Assembly (NCBI GenBank): GCA_965197585.1
Contig: OZ240215.1
Span: forward strand, 480,001 to 544,000
Source of the DNA: Dehalococcoidia bacterium
Lineage (GTDB): Bacteria > Chloroflexota > Dehalococcoidia > Plut-88900
DNA: 64,000 nt
Direction of reading: 5' to 3'
Below, in pieces: positions 25,728-35,649 of the stretch (positions are counted from its first letter, which is position 1; every line of letters begins with the position of its first letter). Below the pieces are notes generated by a model. The model was not told where the DNA came from and did not search any database. It was given only the letters and a program-made list of their open reading frames with translations. Position numbers and translations under genes: made by a program.

Positions 25728-25845
25728 TATGGGGGGTGTGGATAGGATTTTGTAGGATTAGAGATTATTGTGGACGAACTCATCGTAATATAATGGGAGA
25801 CAAGGATCGGGGTGACATCGATCAGAAGATTGGGGAGTTGACGAA

Positions 25846-26943
25846 ATGATTGAAACAAGAATTATCTCCGGGGATTCTCATGTGCAGGAGCCCAAGGAGA
25901 TGTATACGGCTCGATTGTCGGAGGAACACCTCGCTCGGCTCCCTCACGTAGAGGTTATCGACGGTGTCGAGTATCGGATGGTCGAGGGACGGAAGCCGAG
26001 AAGGCTGGACATCGCCGAGGCCCGGGAGACCGAAGAAGACCAAGTGCGTGAGTTCCGAGATGACGACTCCGGCGGCCGGGACATTGAGCGGCGGCTTACG
26101 GACATCGCCAAAGACGGCATCTACGGCGAGATTATCTACCCCAATGAGACTCTCGGGCTTCACAAATCTTTCGACGCCGGCTACCAGTTCGCCGTCGCCC
26201 AGGCCTATAACGACTGGGCCATAAACCTCTTTCGTGACCACTTGCACCGCTTCGTACCAGTGGGGGTGATTCCCGTAACGGACATCCCTACTGCGGTCGA
26301 AGAAGTTAAGAGGGTCAGCAAGCTGGGATATAGAGCTGTGAAGATCCCCATTTCCGTCAGGGGCAAACCCTACAACCAGCCGGACTACGAGCCCCTATGG
26401 GACGCCGTCGAGGACGCCGGCCTGGTCCTCAACCTGCACGCCTTCACCGACGCCGAGGACACATACCCTGAGGACTGGGGTGAGGAGAATGGCTTTGGTG
26501 GGGCGCTTAACTTCATGGTCATGAGCATGGCCGCAGGCCTGGAACCCGCGTCGATGCTTATAAGCTCGGGGATGCTGGAGCGGCACCCGGGGATCAATCT
26601 AGGAGTAATCGAGTGCGGGGCGGGGTGGCTCGCGTGGCTACTGTACGCCCTCGACGAGCAGGTGGATAAGAAGCACATGTGGATTTCGCCCAAGCTGCCC
26701 ATGAAGCCCAGCGATTACTTCCGGCGCCAGGGTCACGTCACTTTCGGAGACGACCCGGTGGCACTTCTCACCATACCCGTGCTCGGCGACGACTGCCTGG
26801 TGTGGGGCAGCGACTACCCCCACGACGAGGGCACTTTTCCTCACTCCCAGGAGGTCATCGAAAAGACCTTCCAGACCGTCAGCGAGGAATCCAAGCGCAA
26901 GATTGTGTATGGGAACGCGGCGCGGATATACGGGTTTGGATAG
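25846..26943 (+). CDS. Amidohydrolase family protein (Amidohydro_2)
   Basis: ISGDSHVQEP; VWGSDYPHDEGTFP. Confidence 0.9.
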   Translation: MIETRIISGDSHVQEPKEMYTARLSEEHLARLPHVEVIDGVEYRMVEGRKPRRLDIAEARETEEDQVREFRDDDSGGRDIERRLTDIAKDGIYGEIIYPNETLGLHKSFDAGYQFAVAQAYNDWAINLFRDHLHRFVPVGVIPVTDIPTAVEEVKRVSKLGYRAVKIPISVRGKPYNQPDYEPLWDAVEDAGLVLNLHAFTDAEDTYPEDWGEENGFGGALNFMVMSMAAGLEPASMLISSGMLERHPGINLGVIECGAGWLAWLLYALDEQVDKKHMWISPKLPMKPSDYFRRQGHVTFGDDPVALLTIPVLGDDCLVWGSDYPHDEGTFPHSQEVIEKTFQTVSEESKRKIVYGNAARIYGFG

Positions 26944-27034
26944 GGGGGATAGGCCTGGTATACGCAGTACATGGATTGATGTTGACAGTGGTTATAATAT
27001 CGGTAGAGTCCCGCGAAAGAGCAGGAGGAGGACG

Positions 27035-27385
27035 ATGAGCTTCGTTGTGCTGACATTTCGCTTCGAGCAAGAGGAGGACGGGTGGTTTGGGAAGTGCGTG
27101 GAGCTGGGTACGGCTACCTCGGCTGAATCACTGGCGCAGTTGGAGGAGGAGTTGAGGGACCTGGTGGGTCTGCATTTGGCCACTTTGGAGGAAACCGGAC
27201 GGCTGGGACAAGTGTTTGATGAGTGGGGAGTAGAATTGCACACGGACATGCCTACTGAAACGTCTACGAGTTTGCCGGTAAGTCCATGGAACAACGGGCG
27301 GGAATTACGGCTTTTTCAACCACAGATATTCATTTTGCCGGCTGTGTCCGACATAACGCCCGTAGTAGTTTCATTGCATGGTTGA
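27035..27385 (+). CDS. hicB: HicB-like antitoxin
   Basis: GGAGGAGG RBS; FEQEEDGWFGKCVELGTATSAESL...LVGLHL; overlaps the downstream hicA-like gene. Confidence 0.7.
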   Translation: MSFVVLTFRFEQEEDGWFGKCVELGTATSAESLAQLEEELRDLVGLHLATLEETGRLGQVFDEWGVELHTDMPTETSTSLPVSPWNNGRELRLFQPQIFILPAVSDITPVVVSLHG

Positions 27386-27635
27386 TCTGCCCGCACTGTC
27401 ATCGAGAGAAATGATGAGTCTTCTGAGATACGATGGATGGGAGGAGGGGCGAAATACAAGGCACGGAATAGCCTTCAAGAAGCGGGTGGAAGGGGAGATA
27501 AGGTCAACTATAATACCCTACAATCGCAAGTCTCTTGGTAAGAAGACTCTTCATGAAATACTGGGGAGACAGCAAACTGGGATAGGCAGGCAAGGATTGC
27601 AAGATCTGATAGAGAAGCGCAGGCAGGGCTGCTAG
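27378..27635 (+). CDS. hicA: HicA-like mRNA interferase toxin
   Basis: LPALSSREMMSLLRYDGW...RHG...TIIP...LGKKTLHEIL; 85 aa, basic. Confidence 0.75.
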   Translation: MVDLPALSSREMMSLLRYDGWEEGRNTRHGIAFKKRVEGEIRSTIIPYNRKSLGKKTLHEILGRQQTGIGRQGLQDLIEKRRQGC

Positions 27636-27663
27636 AGTCGAGAAGGGTAAGAACGAAAAAATC

Positions 27664-28005
27664 ATGCCGATATATGAATTTGGGTGCCGTCAGTGCGCCG
27701 GTTTAACGAACCATTTCACCAGGAAGTACGAGATTCCTGATAGCGTGACTTGCGATAACTGCGGGAGCGGGGATACTTGGAAGCTTGTGTCCTTGAGCAA
27801 TCATCGGTTCCCGGCCAAGCACAAGTACAGCGAGGACTTCGTAGAGAAGTCGATGCCATTCCTCAAGAGCCGCAAGGAGCTCAAGGGGATGTTCGAGAAG
27901 GAGACTGGGGAGTCCGACGAGGCGAAGGCGATGAAGATGAGCGACCAGATCGGCTCCCAGATCGACCGGGTAATACACAAGCAGATTTCGGATATGAATC
28001 GCTAA
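27664..28005 (+). CDS. FmdB-family zinc-ribbon protein
   Basis: MPIYEFGCRQC...CDNCGS...KLVS. Confidence 0.85.
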   Translation: MPIYEFGCRQCAGLTNHFTRKYEIPDSVTCDNCGSGDTWKLVSLSNHRFPAKHKYSEDFVEKSMPFLKSRKELKGMFEKETGESDEAKAMKMSDQIGSQIDRVIHKQISDMNR

Positions 28006-28041
28006 CGCCGACTGAGAGACGTTCACACTACTCTGAGGGTG

Positions 28042-28086
28042 AAAAGACAAGGGCGAATGTGCCTCGCACATTCGCCCTTGTCTTTT
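28042..28086. terminator. Bidirectional terminator (21-bp perfect stem)
   Basis: AAAAGACAAGGGCGAATGTGC-CTC-GCACATTCGCCCTTGTCTTTT between convergent genes. Confidence 0.8.
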
Positions 28087-28109
28087 ACTCTTCAAGGAGG
28101 AAGCAGGGT

Positions 28110-29312
28110 CTAGACAACTCCCTGTCCGGCCAACTCTCTTATATCCTCTGGCCCGTAGTCCAAGATTTCGTTCAGCACCTCGGAAGTATGCTGTCCCAAC
28201 AAGGGAGCGGCGGTGACGGTGGTCGGGGAGTCCGACATCTGGATGGGAGAGCCGAGGGTCCTGAACTTGCCAATCTGAGGGTGGTCTATGTCTACGATCA
28301 TGCCTCGCTCCATGAGGTGGGGGTCGGTGTGAATGTCCTGGGGGTTGAGGCAGGCCCCGACTATCGCGCCCGCACCACCCAGGATGCTCATCACTTCATG
28401 TTTGGTGTGCTTGGTCGTCCACTTTTCGATCATCGCCGTAATGTCGTCGTTATGTTCCCAGCGCTTTCTGGAGTCCGAGTATCGTTCGTCGCCGATGAGG
28501 TCTTCTCGGCCGATTGTCTTTAGGATCGCCTCCCAGGCCCCGGCGGGCCCTTCGTCGGCGTAGATATAAGCGTAGTCGTCGGGGCCGCCTGGGGCGCATT
28601 TGTAGACCCAGGACGGGGCCTTGCCACTGTGGTATGCGCCCCGGATATGGATGTCGGGGTCTTCGTAATAGCGCATCATCCCGACCCTGGCGAAGTTGAC
28701 CATAGCGTCTTGCATGGCTACTTCGATGCTCTGGCCTCTACCCGTCCGCTCCCGCTGGTAGAGGGCGGCTGTAATGCCGAGTGCGGCGTGATATCCGGTC
28801 CCGATGTCTCCGAAGGACACACCGGTAGGCATAGGCGGCCCATCCGGGTAGCCATTGGTTGTATAGCAGCCGCCCGTGGCCTGGGCCACCATGTCAAAAG
28901 CCTTCAGGTGACTGTAGGGTCCGTAAGTCCCGAAACCCTTAACCCGCGTAAGGATGACGCGGGGGTTAATCTTTGAGAGGACCTCGTAAGAGAGGCCCAG
29001 CCGTTCGAGGGTGCCTGGGCCCATGTTCTCGGCGACCACGTCGGAGCGCTTGAGAAGGTCAAAGAAGATGGCCTTGCCTCTTTCAGTTTTCAGGTTGAGC
29101 GTGATGCTGCGCTTGTTGCAGTTGAGGATGATGAAGTAGTAGCTGTCAATCCCTCCCTTCTTGGGAGTGCTTTTACGGCCGGGATCGCCGCGGCCGGGGG
29201 ACTCGACCTTTATGACGTCCGCCCCAAGCCAGGCCAGGGCCTGAGTGCAAGTGGTGCCGGCCTCATACTGGGTGAGATCCAAGATTCGAACGCCTTTGAG
29301 TGCCTGGTCCAT
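28110..29312 (-). CDS. Family III CoA-transferase (CaiB/BaiF; formyl-CoA transferase-like)
   Basis: LKGVRILDLTQYEAG, LGADVIKVE, NCNKRSITLNLK, GDIGTG, APLLGQHT. Confidence 0.92.
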   Translation of the reverse strand: MDQALKGVRILDLTQYEAGTTCTQALAWLGADVIKVESPGRGDPGRKSTPKKGGIDSYYFIILNCNKRSITLNLKTERGKAIFFDLLKRSDVVAENMGPGTLERLGLSYEVLSKINPRVILTRVKGFGTYGPYSHLKAFDMVAQATGGCYTTNGYPDGPPMPTGVSFGDIGTGYHAALGITAALYQRERTGRGQSIEVAMQDAMVNFARVGMMRYYEDPDIHIRGAYHSGKAPSWVYKCAPGGPDDYAYIYADEGPAGAWEAILKTIGREDLIGDERYSDSRKRWEHNDDITAMIEKWTTKHTKHEVMSILGGAGAIVGACLNPQDIHTDPHLMERGMIVDIDHPQIGKFRTLGSPIQMSDSPTTVTAAPLLGQHTSEVLNEILDYGPEDIRELAGQGVV

Positions 29313-29437
29313 TACTTGCCTCCCGCAATCGCTTGGGGTCTTCAGCCGCCTTGCGCGGTATGTTATGAGGTCGCGCGTGTTAGCGTCAATTGGAAATGGT
29401 TATGATTGCACCATATGGATAGAGGCGATTTCTGATC

Positions 29438-29932
29438 ATGCATGCGGAACTTCCGTTGTGGCCGCCGAGGCGGCGAAGGCGTCAAACGGATATGCTCTGG
29501 CTGGAGAGGCTGGAAGATGTGGGGATTGCGCCATTTCAGGACACCTTTCCCGACTCGCCCCCCTCCCAGCTCCACAAGGCTGTTGAGCAGTTCAATACCG
29601 GCCTGTTCTGGGACTGCCACGAGACTCTGGAAGACCTCTGGCTGGTCACGCCTTATCCGTTGCGGCACTTCTACCAGGGCGTTCTGAAGATAGCGGTAGG
29701 GCTTCATCACTCGGATAGACATAATGTAAAAGGCGCCAGGAACAAGCTGAGCGAGGGACTGCGGTTGCTGAAGGTATTCACGCCGTCGTTTCTTGGTCTG
29801 GACACCGGGGCCCTTGCTGTCGAAGCGGATCGATGGTTGCAGCTGGTGAGTCGAGGCCCGCGGTTGGATTGGACGGCCCTGGATTCAGAGCCTAGGCCGC
29901 AGATTCGCCAATCCCCAGGCGAACATGGATAG
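29438..29932 (+). CDS. DUF309 family protein (start may be 29492)
   Basis: FNTGLFWDCHETLEDLW...FYQGVLKIAVGLHH. Confidence 0.85.
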   Translation: MHAELPLWPPRRRRRQTDMLWLERLEDVGIAPFQDTFPDSPPSQLHKAVEQFNTGLFWDCHETLEDLWLVTPYPLRHFYQGVLKIAVGLHHSDRHNVKGARNKLSEGLRLLKVFTPSFLGLDTGALAVEADRWLQLVSRGPRLDWTALDSEPRPQIRQSPGEHG

Positions 29933-29979
29933 CTGAAGCACTTGCCCTCAAGCCCTTATTAGAGTTGGGACGTGGGGAG

Positions 29980-30789
29980 TTATATGACCTGCCAGAGCCG
30001 ACGGCCTTCACTTCTTATGATTCTGCCGAAGCTCGGAGGCATGTAGTGCCCCATTCCGATCACTGAACCGTCCTGCAGGAGGCGTTCCAGCACTACTTCC
30101 CTTGTCTGGCGAGCGAGGGCATGGTCGGTGTCGAAGATGATTTCCCAGTGGGTCTCGTTGGACTGGGGAGCGAAGTTGATGACGTCACCGAGGATGTAAC
30201 CGCGCACTCCGTCGGACAGGATGCCGAGGCTCATGTGGCCGGGAGTGTGGCCGGGAGTCGGGACCATGGTTACTTCGCTGGTGAGGGAAACCTCGCTGTC
30301 GGCCAAGACCATAGCGCCGAGTGATTCGAGAGGGTTTACCTGGGTGGCCATGTGGGCGTTGTTTTCCAGGTCCTGGTTGTAGAATTCGTAGTCGACTTTG
30401 GGAATGTAGTACGTGGCGTTGGGGAAGGTGAGCCGGGAGGCGCCGTTCTCCTCGGTTATGTTCCAACCGACATGGTCTACGTGCAGGTGAGTAATGGCGA
30501 CTATTTCGATCTCGTCGATTGAGACGCCCTTTTCGGTTAAATCGTCCATGAGTCGGCCGGGATAGTCTTTGCCCCATCCCGTATCGACGAGGATGGTCTT
30601 GCCCTGGGAACGGATGACGAAGCTGCCAAAGTTGACGTCGATCTTACCGTCATCCCCGACAAGGCCGGGGTAAGCGTCCCACTCGGAGAGAGCTACGTTG
30701 GGGAAAAGGGTAGTGGCGGGGGCTCGGTCTGCGCCGTCTGTAAGGGAGAGGACTTCTGCGTTTCCTACGGTGATTTTGTAGTCTGGCAT
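29980..30789 (-). CDS. MBL-fold metallo-hydrolase
   Basis: LVDTG, THLHVDHVG, TPGHTPGH, LGD. Confidence 0.9.
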   Translation of the reverse strand: MPDYKITVGNAEVLSLTDGADRAPATTLFPNVALSEWDAYPGLVGDDGKIDVNFGSFVIRSQGKTILVDTGWGKDYPGRLMDDLTEKGVSIDEIEIVAITHLHVDHVGWNITEENGASRLTFPNATYYIPKVDYEFYNQDLENNAHMATQVNPLESLGAMVLADSEVSLTSEVTMVPTPGHTPGHMSLGILSDGVRGYILGDVINFAPQSNETHWEIIFDTDHALARQTREVVLERLLQDGSVIGMGHYMPPSFGRIIRSEGRRLWQVI

Positions 30790-30895
30790 CGGGATCCTCC
30801 TGGGGGAAGTGTGGGTTGATAATACCACTTTGGTGAGATACCGGGTGGGTATAATGGACGCCGAGGCATTCGGCGGCTTTCCTATGGAGCTTTAG

Positions 30896-32959
30896 TTGCG
30901 TTATCGACTCGGAATAGACGTCGGTGGAACTTTCACCGACTATGTCCTTCAGGACCGGGAGACCGGTAGGCTAACCGTCGGCAAGCACCCGACTCAGCCT
31001 TCCGACCTGACCGTCGGGATTGTCGAGGGGCTGGGAGGAGTGCTGCAAGGGCGCGGGATCTCTGAGATGGAACAGGTAGTCCATGCGACTACGGTCGCCT
31101 CCAACCTGATGGTCGAGCGCAAGGGCGCGGTCACGGGCCTGCTCACGACTCGGGGGTTCCGAGACGTGCTTCTTATCCAGCGCCAACTGCGGGTGAACAT
31201 CTACGACTTGTTCCTCGATAAGGTGCAGCCTTTGCTGTCTCGGCGTTTCATCCGAGAGGTGGATGAGCGGATGACCCACTCCGGCGAGGTCTGGAAGCCC
31301 CTCTATGAGGATAGTGTCATCGAGGCAGTTGAGAGACTCAGTGCCTTGGGAGTCGAGTCCTTCGCGGTGGCCCTACTCCACTCCTATGCCAACCCGGCCC
31401 ACGAGCGTCGGGTGCGGGAGATCATACTCGATTCAATCCCGTCGGCACTGGTTACTCTGTCCAGTGATATATCACCCCAGTGGCGGGAATACGAACGCAC
31501 CAGCACTGCGGTCGCCAACGCTTACGTGATGCCTGCGGTTCGGGGGTATTTGAGGGGGTTTCAGGACACCTTGAGCAGTCAGGGATACACCAGACCCCTG
31601 CAGGTCATGCAAGCTAACGGGGGGACGGCGACGGTTGAAATTATCAACCACGCCCCGGTGCGGGTCATTGAGTCGGGGCCCGCGGCGGGTGCCTTAATGG
31701 CGGCCAGCATAGGCGGGGCCTTGGGCCTCAAGCGCATGATCTCATTCGATATGGGAGGCACGACAGCCAAGGTGTGCCTCATTGAGAACGGTTCACCCTC
31801 TACTGCCTCCCAAATCGAGATCGCCCGTATGAAGATGCAGTCGGGCAGTGGGTTGCCTATCAGTGTACCGGGTATCGACCTTGTGGAGATCGGAGCGGGT
31901 GGGGGCAGCATAGCCAGAGCGGAGATGGGGACCATCGCCGTAGGCCCGGATAGCGCAGGCGCGAGTCCTGGCCCTATCTGCTACGGCGCCGGAGGACTGG
32001 AACCTACGGTCACCGATGCAGACCTGGTCTTGGGTTACCTAAATCCTGGCTATTTCCTGGGCGGTCGTATGAAGCTGGATAAGGCGGCGGCGGAGAACGG
32101 TATCGAGGACCGGTTGGCGAGGCCGCTGGGCCTGTCGATGGAAGAGGCGGCGTGGGGTGTGCATACGGTGGTGAATTCCAACATGAGGAGGACTATCAGA
32201 CTGGCGACGGTCGAGAGGGGAAAGGACCCCCGTCGCTACACTCTTGTCGGGTTTGGAGGAGCGGGGCCAGTCCATGCCTCCCGGCTGGCCCGAGAGATGG
32301 GCATTTCTCGTGTTCTGTTGCCATCGGGGGCGGGAGTCGGGTCCGCAGCGGGACTATTGGCTGCAGACACGGTCTTCGACCTGGCTCGTACCTTTGATAC
32401 GGCCCTCGACGAGTCCATGCTGGGCTCTGTGAACATGGTCTATGAGGAGATGTTAGCCGGAGGCCGGGCCATTATGCGGGAGAATGGCGTGACGGAGGGC
32501 GTAGAGTTCGCAGCGTCTGCGGATATGCACTACGAGGGACAGGGATTCGACATTGACGTACCCCTGCCCCGAGTCCCCCTCGACGCCCAAGGCGTAGATG
32601 AGCTCAGGTCGGCTTTTCACGAAAAGTACGCGGAGACCTTCGGGTACGCACAGCCCGACCAGCCAGTACGGGCCACGGGCTGGAAGCTGAGGGCTATTCA
32701 TTCCAGGGGTGAGTTCCGGTGGCCCGAGTTACAACCAAGTGAGTCGGACCCAGTGCCCGTTTCCTGTAGACCGGCCTACTTCCCTGAAGTGGGGGGCTTT
32801 GTGGATACCCCAGTGTACGCTAGGGCGGGGTTGGGGAGAGACGCCGTGATCACAGGGCCTGCGATCGTTGAAGAAGAGGAATCGACAGTCGTGCTCCTGC
32901 CGGGAGACAAAGCCAACCTTGACCGTTTCGGCAACATCCTGGTCGAGATTGAAGAATAG
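30896..32959 (+). CDS. Hydantoinase A / 5-oxoprolinase subunit
   Basis: GIDVGGTFTD, HATTVASN, ESGPAAG, DMGGTT, GAGGGS. Confidence 0.93.
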   Translation: MRYRLGIDVGGTFTDYVLQDRETGRLTVGKHPTQPSDLTVGIVEGLGGVLQGRGISEMEQVVHATTVASNLMVERKGAVTGLLTTRGFRDVLLIQRQLRVNIYDLFLDKVQPLLSRRFIREVDERMTHSGEVWKPLYEDSVIEAVERLSALGVESFAVALLHSYANPAHERRVREIILDSIPSALVTLSSDISPQWREYERTSTAVANAYVMPAVRGYLRGFQDTLSSQGYTRPLQVMQANGGTATVEIINHAPVRVIESGPAAGALMAASIGGALGLKRMISFDMGGTTAKVCLIENGSPSTASQIEIARMKMQSGSGLPISVPGIDLVEIGAGGGSIARAEMGTIAVGPDSAGASPGPICYGAGGLEPTVTDADLVLGYLNPGYFLGGRMKLDKAAAENGIEDRLARPLGLSMEEAAWGVHTVVNSNMRRTIRLATVERGKDPRRYTLVGFGGAGPVHASRLAREMGISRVLLPSGAGVGSAAGLLAADTVFDLARTFDTALDESMLGSVNMVYEEMLAGGRAIMRENGVTEGVEFAASADMHYEGQGFDIDVPLPRVPLDAQGVDELRSAFHEKYAETFGYAQPDQPVRATGWKLRAIHSRGEFRWPELQPSESDPVPVSCRPAYFPEVGGFVDTPVYARAGLGRDAVITGPAIVEEEESTVVLLPGDKANLDRFGNILVEIEE

Positions 32960-32969
32960 GCGTAAGGCT

Positions 32970-34706
32970 ATGAGCGAGATTGATCCGGTAACTTTCAGCG
33001 TGGTCTGGAATGGCCTGGTTTCGATAGCCGAGGAGATGGGCACTGCATTACGCCGCTCTGCCTACTCCCTCGGGGTGCGGGAAGGACGGGACTTCTCCAC
33101 CGCGTTGTTCGACGCACAGGCGAGACTGATTGCCCAGGGAAACTTTAGTCCCGGTCATCTCGGGTCCATGCCATTCGTGGTCAAGCACATCCTCGAAGAA
33201 TACCCGGTCGAGGAATTGGAGGAAGGTGACTCCATATTGTTGAATGACCCATATCTTGGGTCGGGCCACCTCCCCGACTTCTTCCAGGTAAGCCCCATCT
33301 TTCTGAATGGAGAGCTTCTGGGGTTCGCGTCGAACTGTGCCCACATGGTCGACGTGGGAGGCGCGGGCCCGGGTTCTCAGGCGGTCGATAGCGTGGACCT
33401 TTACCAGGAGGGCATCAGGTTCCTACCCACCCGCATCTACCACGGGGGCCGACCCAACCGCGAGGTGTTGAGGATGCTGGAGTCCAATGTGCGGGTGCCG
33501 GACAAGGTGATGGGGGACCTGCAGGCACAGCGGAATGCCAACAGGATCGGGGAGGCGGGTGTGGTCGGGCTGGCAGAGTCGTACGGGATGGATATGCTGC
33601 GGGACTGCATGGCACTGATTCTGGATCGCTCCGAGGAATCCATGAGAAGCGCTATTCGAGAGTTGCCGGAAGGAGTGTACGAGGCCGAAGACTACTTTGA
33701 TGACTACGGCCAGGACACGAGGCCACTGACGGTGAAGGTTGCAGTACGCGTTAAGGATGGTGGCTTGACGGTTGATTTCACAGGGAGCAGCCCCCAGACT
33801 CGGTCGGGCCTCAACTCGACCTTCAATTACACTCGTGCTTACTCGTACTTTACGCTTAAGGCCCTCACGGTGCAGGACAGGGTTCCCCAAAACGCAGGCT
33901 GCATCCGGCCCATTGAGGTGATCGCCCCGGAGGGAAGCCTGTTTAATCCGCGGCCCCCGGCTGCGGTCGGGCCCCGAGCCATAATGCAGCAGCGCATGGT
34001 AGACACCATCCTGCTGGCAATGGCTAAGGCCGCCCCCGACCGAGTTATAGCCAACAGCTCTCATTGGGCCAACCCGAACTACGGGGGGATTGACCCTAAG
34101 TCAGGCAAACCTTTCGTGTACTACGAAATGATCATCGGCGGGGTTGGAGCACGGCCTACTAAGGACGGGGCAGACGGTCTCTGCTCGGCGTTCAACCTGG
34201 AGAATATCCCTGTCGAAGTGGTGGAGGCGACCTACCCGGTGATGATTGACAGGCTCCAGTTCGTGACCGACAGCGGAGGCCCGGGCCGTTATCGGGGCGG
34301 CACAGCCATGCGCAAGGACGTCCGTGTCCTCACCGGCGACGTGGTTTTCTCGAACCTGACCGACCGACAGGTCACCCATCCACAGGGTTTACTTGGTGGA
34401 ACGGGAGGGCCCTTAGGCCGCACGCTACGCAACCCGGACACCTCCGCCGAAGAAACATTCCACTCCAAGGGGACGTACCGACTACGGGCCGATGATGTTG
34501 TGAGTACTACGTTGTCTGGGTCAGGGGGCTATGGGATTCCAGAGGAACGTGACCCGGATGCCGTGCTGAGAGACGTTCTGGACGGCTACGTGTCCATAGA
34601 GGCTGCCAGAGATATTTACAAAGTTGCCGTCGCCCCTGACTCAATGTCTCTGAATTTAGCGAAGACCAATAAACTGAGAGGACTCGGAAATACGAATGAC
34701 AGATAG
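32970..34706 (+). CDS. Hydantoinase B / 5-oxoprolinase subunit
   Basis: DFSTALFD, NDPYLGSGHLPD, HMVDVGG, DSGGPGRYRGG, GGYG. Confidence 0.93.
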   Translation: MSEIDPVTFSVVWNGLVSIAEEMGTALRRSAYSLGVREGRDFSTALFDAQARLIAQGNFSPGHLGSMPFVVKHILEEYPVEELEEGDSILLNDPYLGSGHLPDFFQVSPIFLNGELLGFASNCAHMVDVGGAGPGSQAVDSVDLYQEGIRFLPTRIYHGGRPNREVLRMLESNVRVPDKVMGDLQAQRNANRIGEAGVVGLAESYGMDMLRDCMALILDRSEESMRSAIRELPEGVYEAEDYFDDYGQDTRPLTVKVAVRVKDGGLTVDFTGSSPQTRSGLNSTFNYTRAYSYFTLKALTVQDRVPQNAGCIRPIEVIAPEGSLFNPRPPAAVGPRAIMQQRMVDTILLAMAKAAPDRVIANSSHWANPNYGGIDPKSGKPFVYYEMIIGGVGARPTKDGADGLCSAFNLENIPVEVVEATYPVMIDRLQFVTDSGGPGRYRGGTAMRKDVRVLTGDVVFSNLTDRQVTHPQGLLGGTGGPLGRTLRNPDTSAEETFHSKGTYRLRADDVVSTTLSGSGGYGIPEERDPDAVLRDVLDGYVSIEAARDIYKVAVAPDSMSLNLAKTNKLRGLGNTNDR

Positions 34707-35625
34707 CAGAACGACCAAGTTCGGAGTCGCGATTCCCCAGAAATTCCCGGACGGTGTTGTCGACACCCGATACATAGGCGACTTTCTAATTCGGTTGGAA
34801 GAACTGGGCTACGATAGCGCGTGGGTAGGCGAGGGGGTGTTCAGCCGAGTTCCTAACCTGGAGCCGTTTCCGTTGCTCTCCTATGCCGCAGCTCTGACTT
34901 CGAGGGTGAAGTTGGGGGTCTCAGCGCTGACTTCAGCCTTCTGGAACCCGATATTCCTAGCGAAGGCCGTTGCCAGCCTGGACCAGCTATCTAATGGGAG
35001 GTTCATCCTTGGGGTGACTGTAGGAGTGCACCGCGAGCATTACCCGGCATTCGGGATGAGGCCGGAAGACCGGCTGACTCGATTCATCGAGGGGTTGGAG
35101 TTGATGAAGGAGCTTTGGACTAAGGAGAGCGTGACGTTCAAAGGGAAGTTCTGGGATATGGAAGAAGTATCAATCAGCCCCAGGCCTGCCCAGAAACCTC
35201 ACCCGCCCGTGTGGTTCGGGTCCCGGGCCTTGCCTGCGCTCCGGAGGTCGGTGAAGTCGGGGGATGGGTGGATGGGTTCGGGTGCTACGTCGACGGAGGA
35301 ATTCCGTGAGCACGTCCGCATTTTGAGGGGGTTCATGGAGGAAGAAGGTAAGAACCAGGCCCAGTTTCCTCTTTCGAAACGGGTGTATCTGGCACTGGAC
35401 TCAGACAAACCAAGAGCACTACGCAGGCTTGAAGAGATGATGGGCTTTATCTACGGGGACCCGACTCTTGCCTCCAAGGTCGCTGTGTACGGAGACCGGG
35501 AGGAGGTTGCTGAGGGATTACGCGAAGTCATGGCGGAGGGGATAGACCTAGTCTTGCTGGCTCCGGCGTTCGACCCTAAGGAACAGGCCGAGCTTTTGGC
35601 GGAGCAGGTGCTGCCAAGGTTGTAG
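34696..35625 (+). CDS. LLM-class flavin/F420-dependent oxidoreductase
   Basis: EELGYDSAWVGE, LDQLSNGRFILG, PRPAQKPHPPVWFG. Confidence 0.9.
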   Translation: MTDSRTTKFGVAIPQKFPDGVVDTRYIGDFLIRLEELGYDSAWVGEGVFSRVPNLEPFPLLSYAAALTSRVKLGVSALTSAFWNPIFLAKAVASLDQLSNGRFILGVTVGVHREHYPAFGMRPEDRLTRFIEGLELMKELWTKESVTFKGKFWDMEEVSISPRPAQKPHPPVWFGSRALPALRRSVKSGDGWMGSGATSTEEFREHVRILRGFMEEEGKNQAQFPLSKRVYLALDSDKPRALRRLEEMMGFIYGDPTLASKVAVYGDREEVAEGLREVMAEGIDLVLLAPAFDPKEQAELLAEQVLPRL

Positions 35626-35649
35626 GGGCGCTGCCTTTACGCCCTTCTG

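Noticed and set aside
26982-26998. TTGACA and TATAAT upstream of hicB as one promoter
   Set aside because: The hexamers are only 5 nt apart and cannot be a single -35/-10 pair; the TATAAT may still act as a -10 alone.
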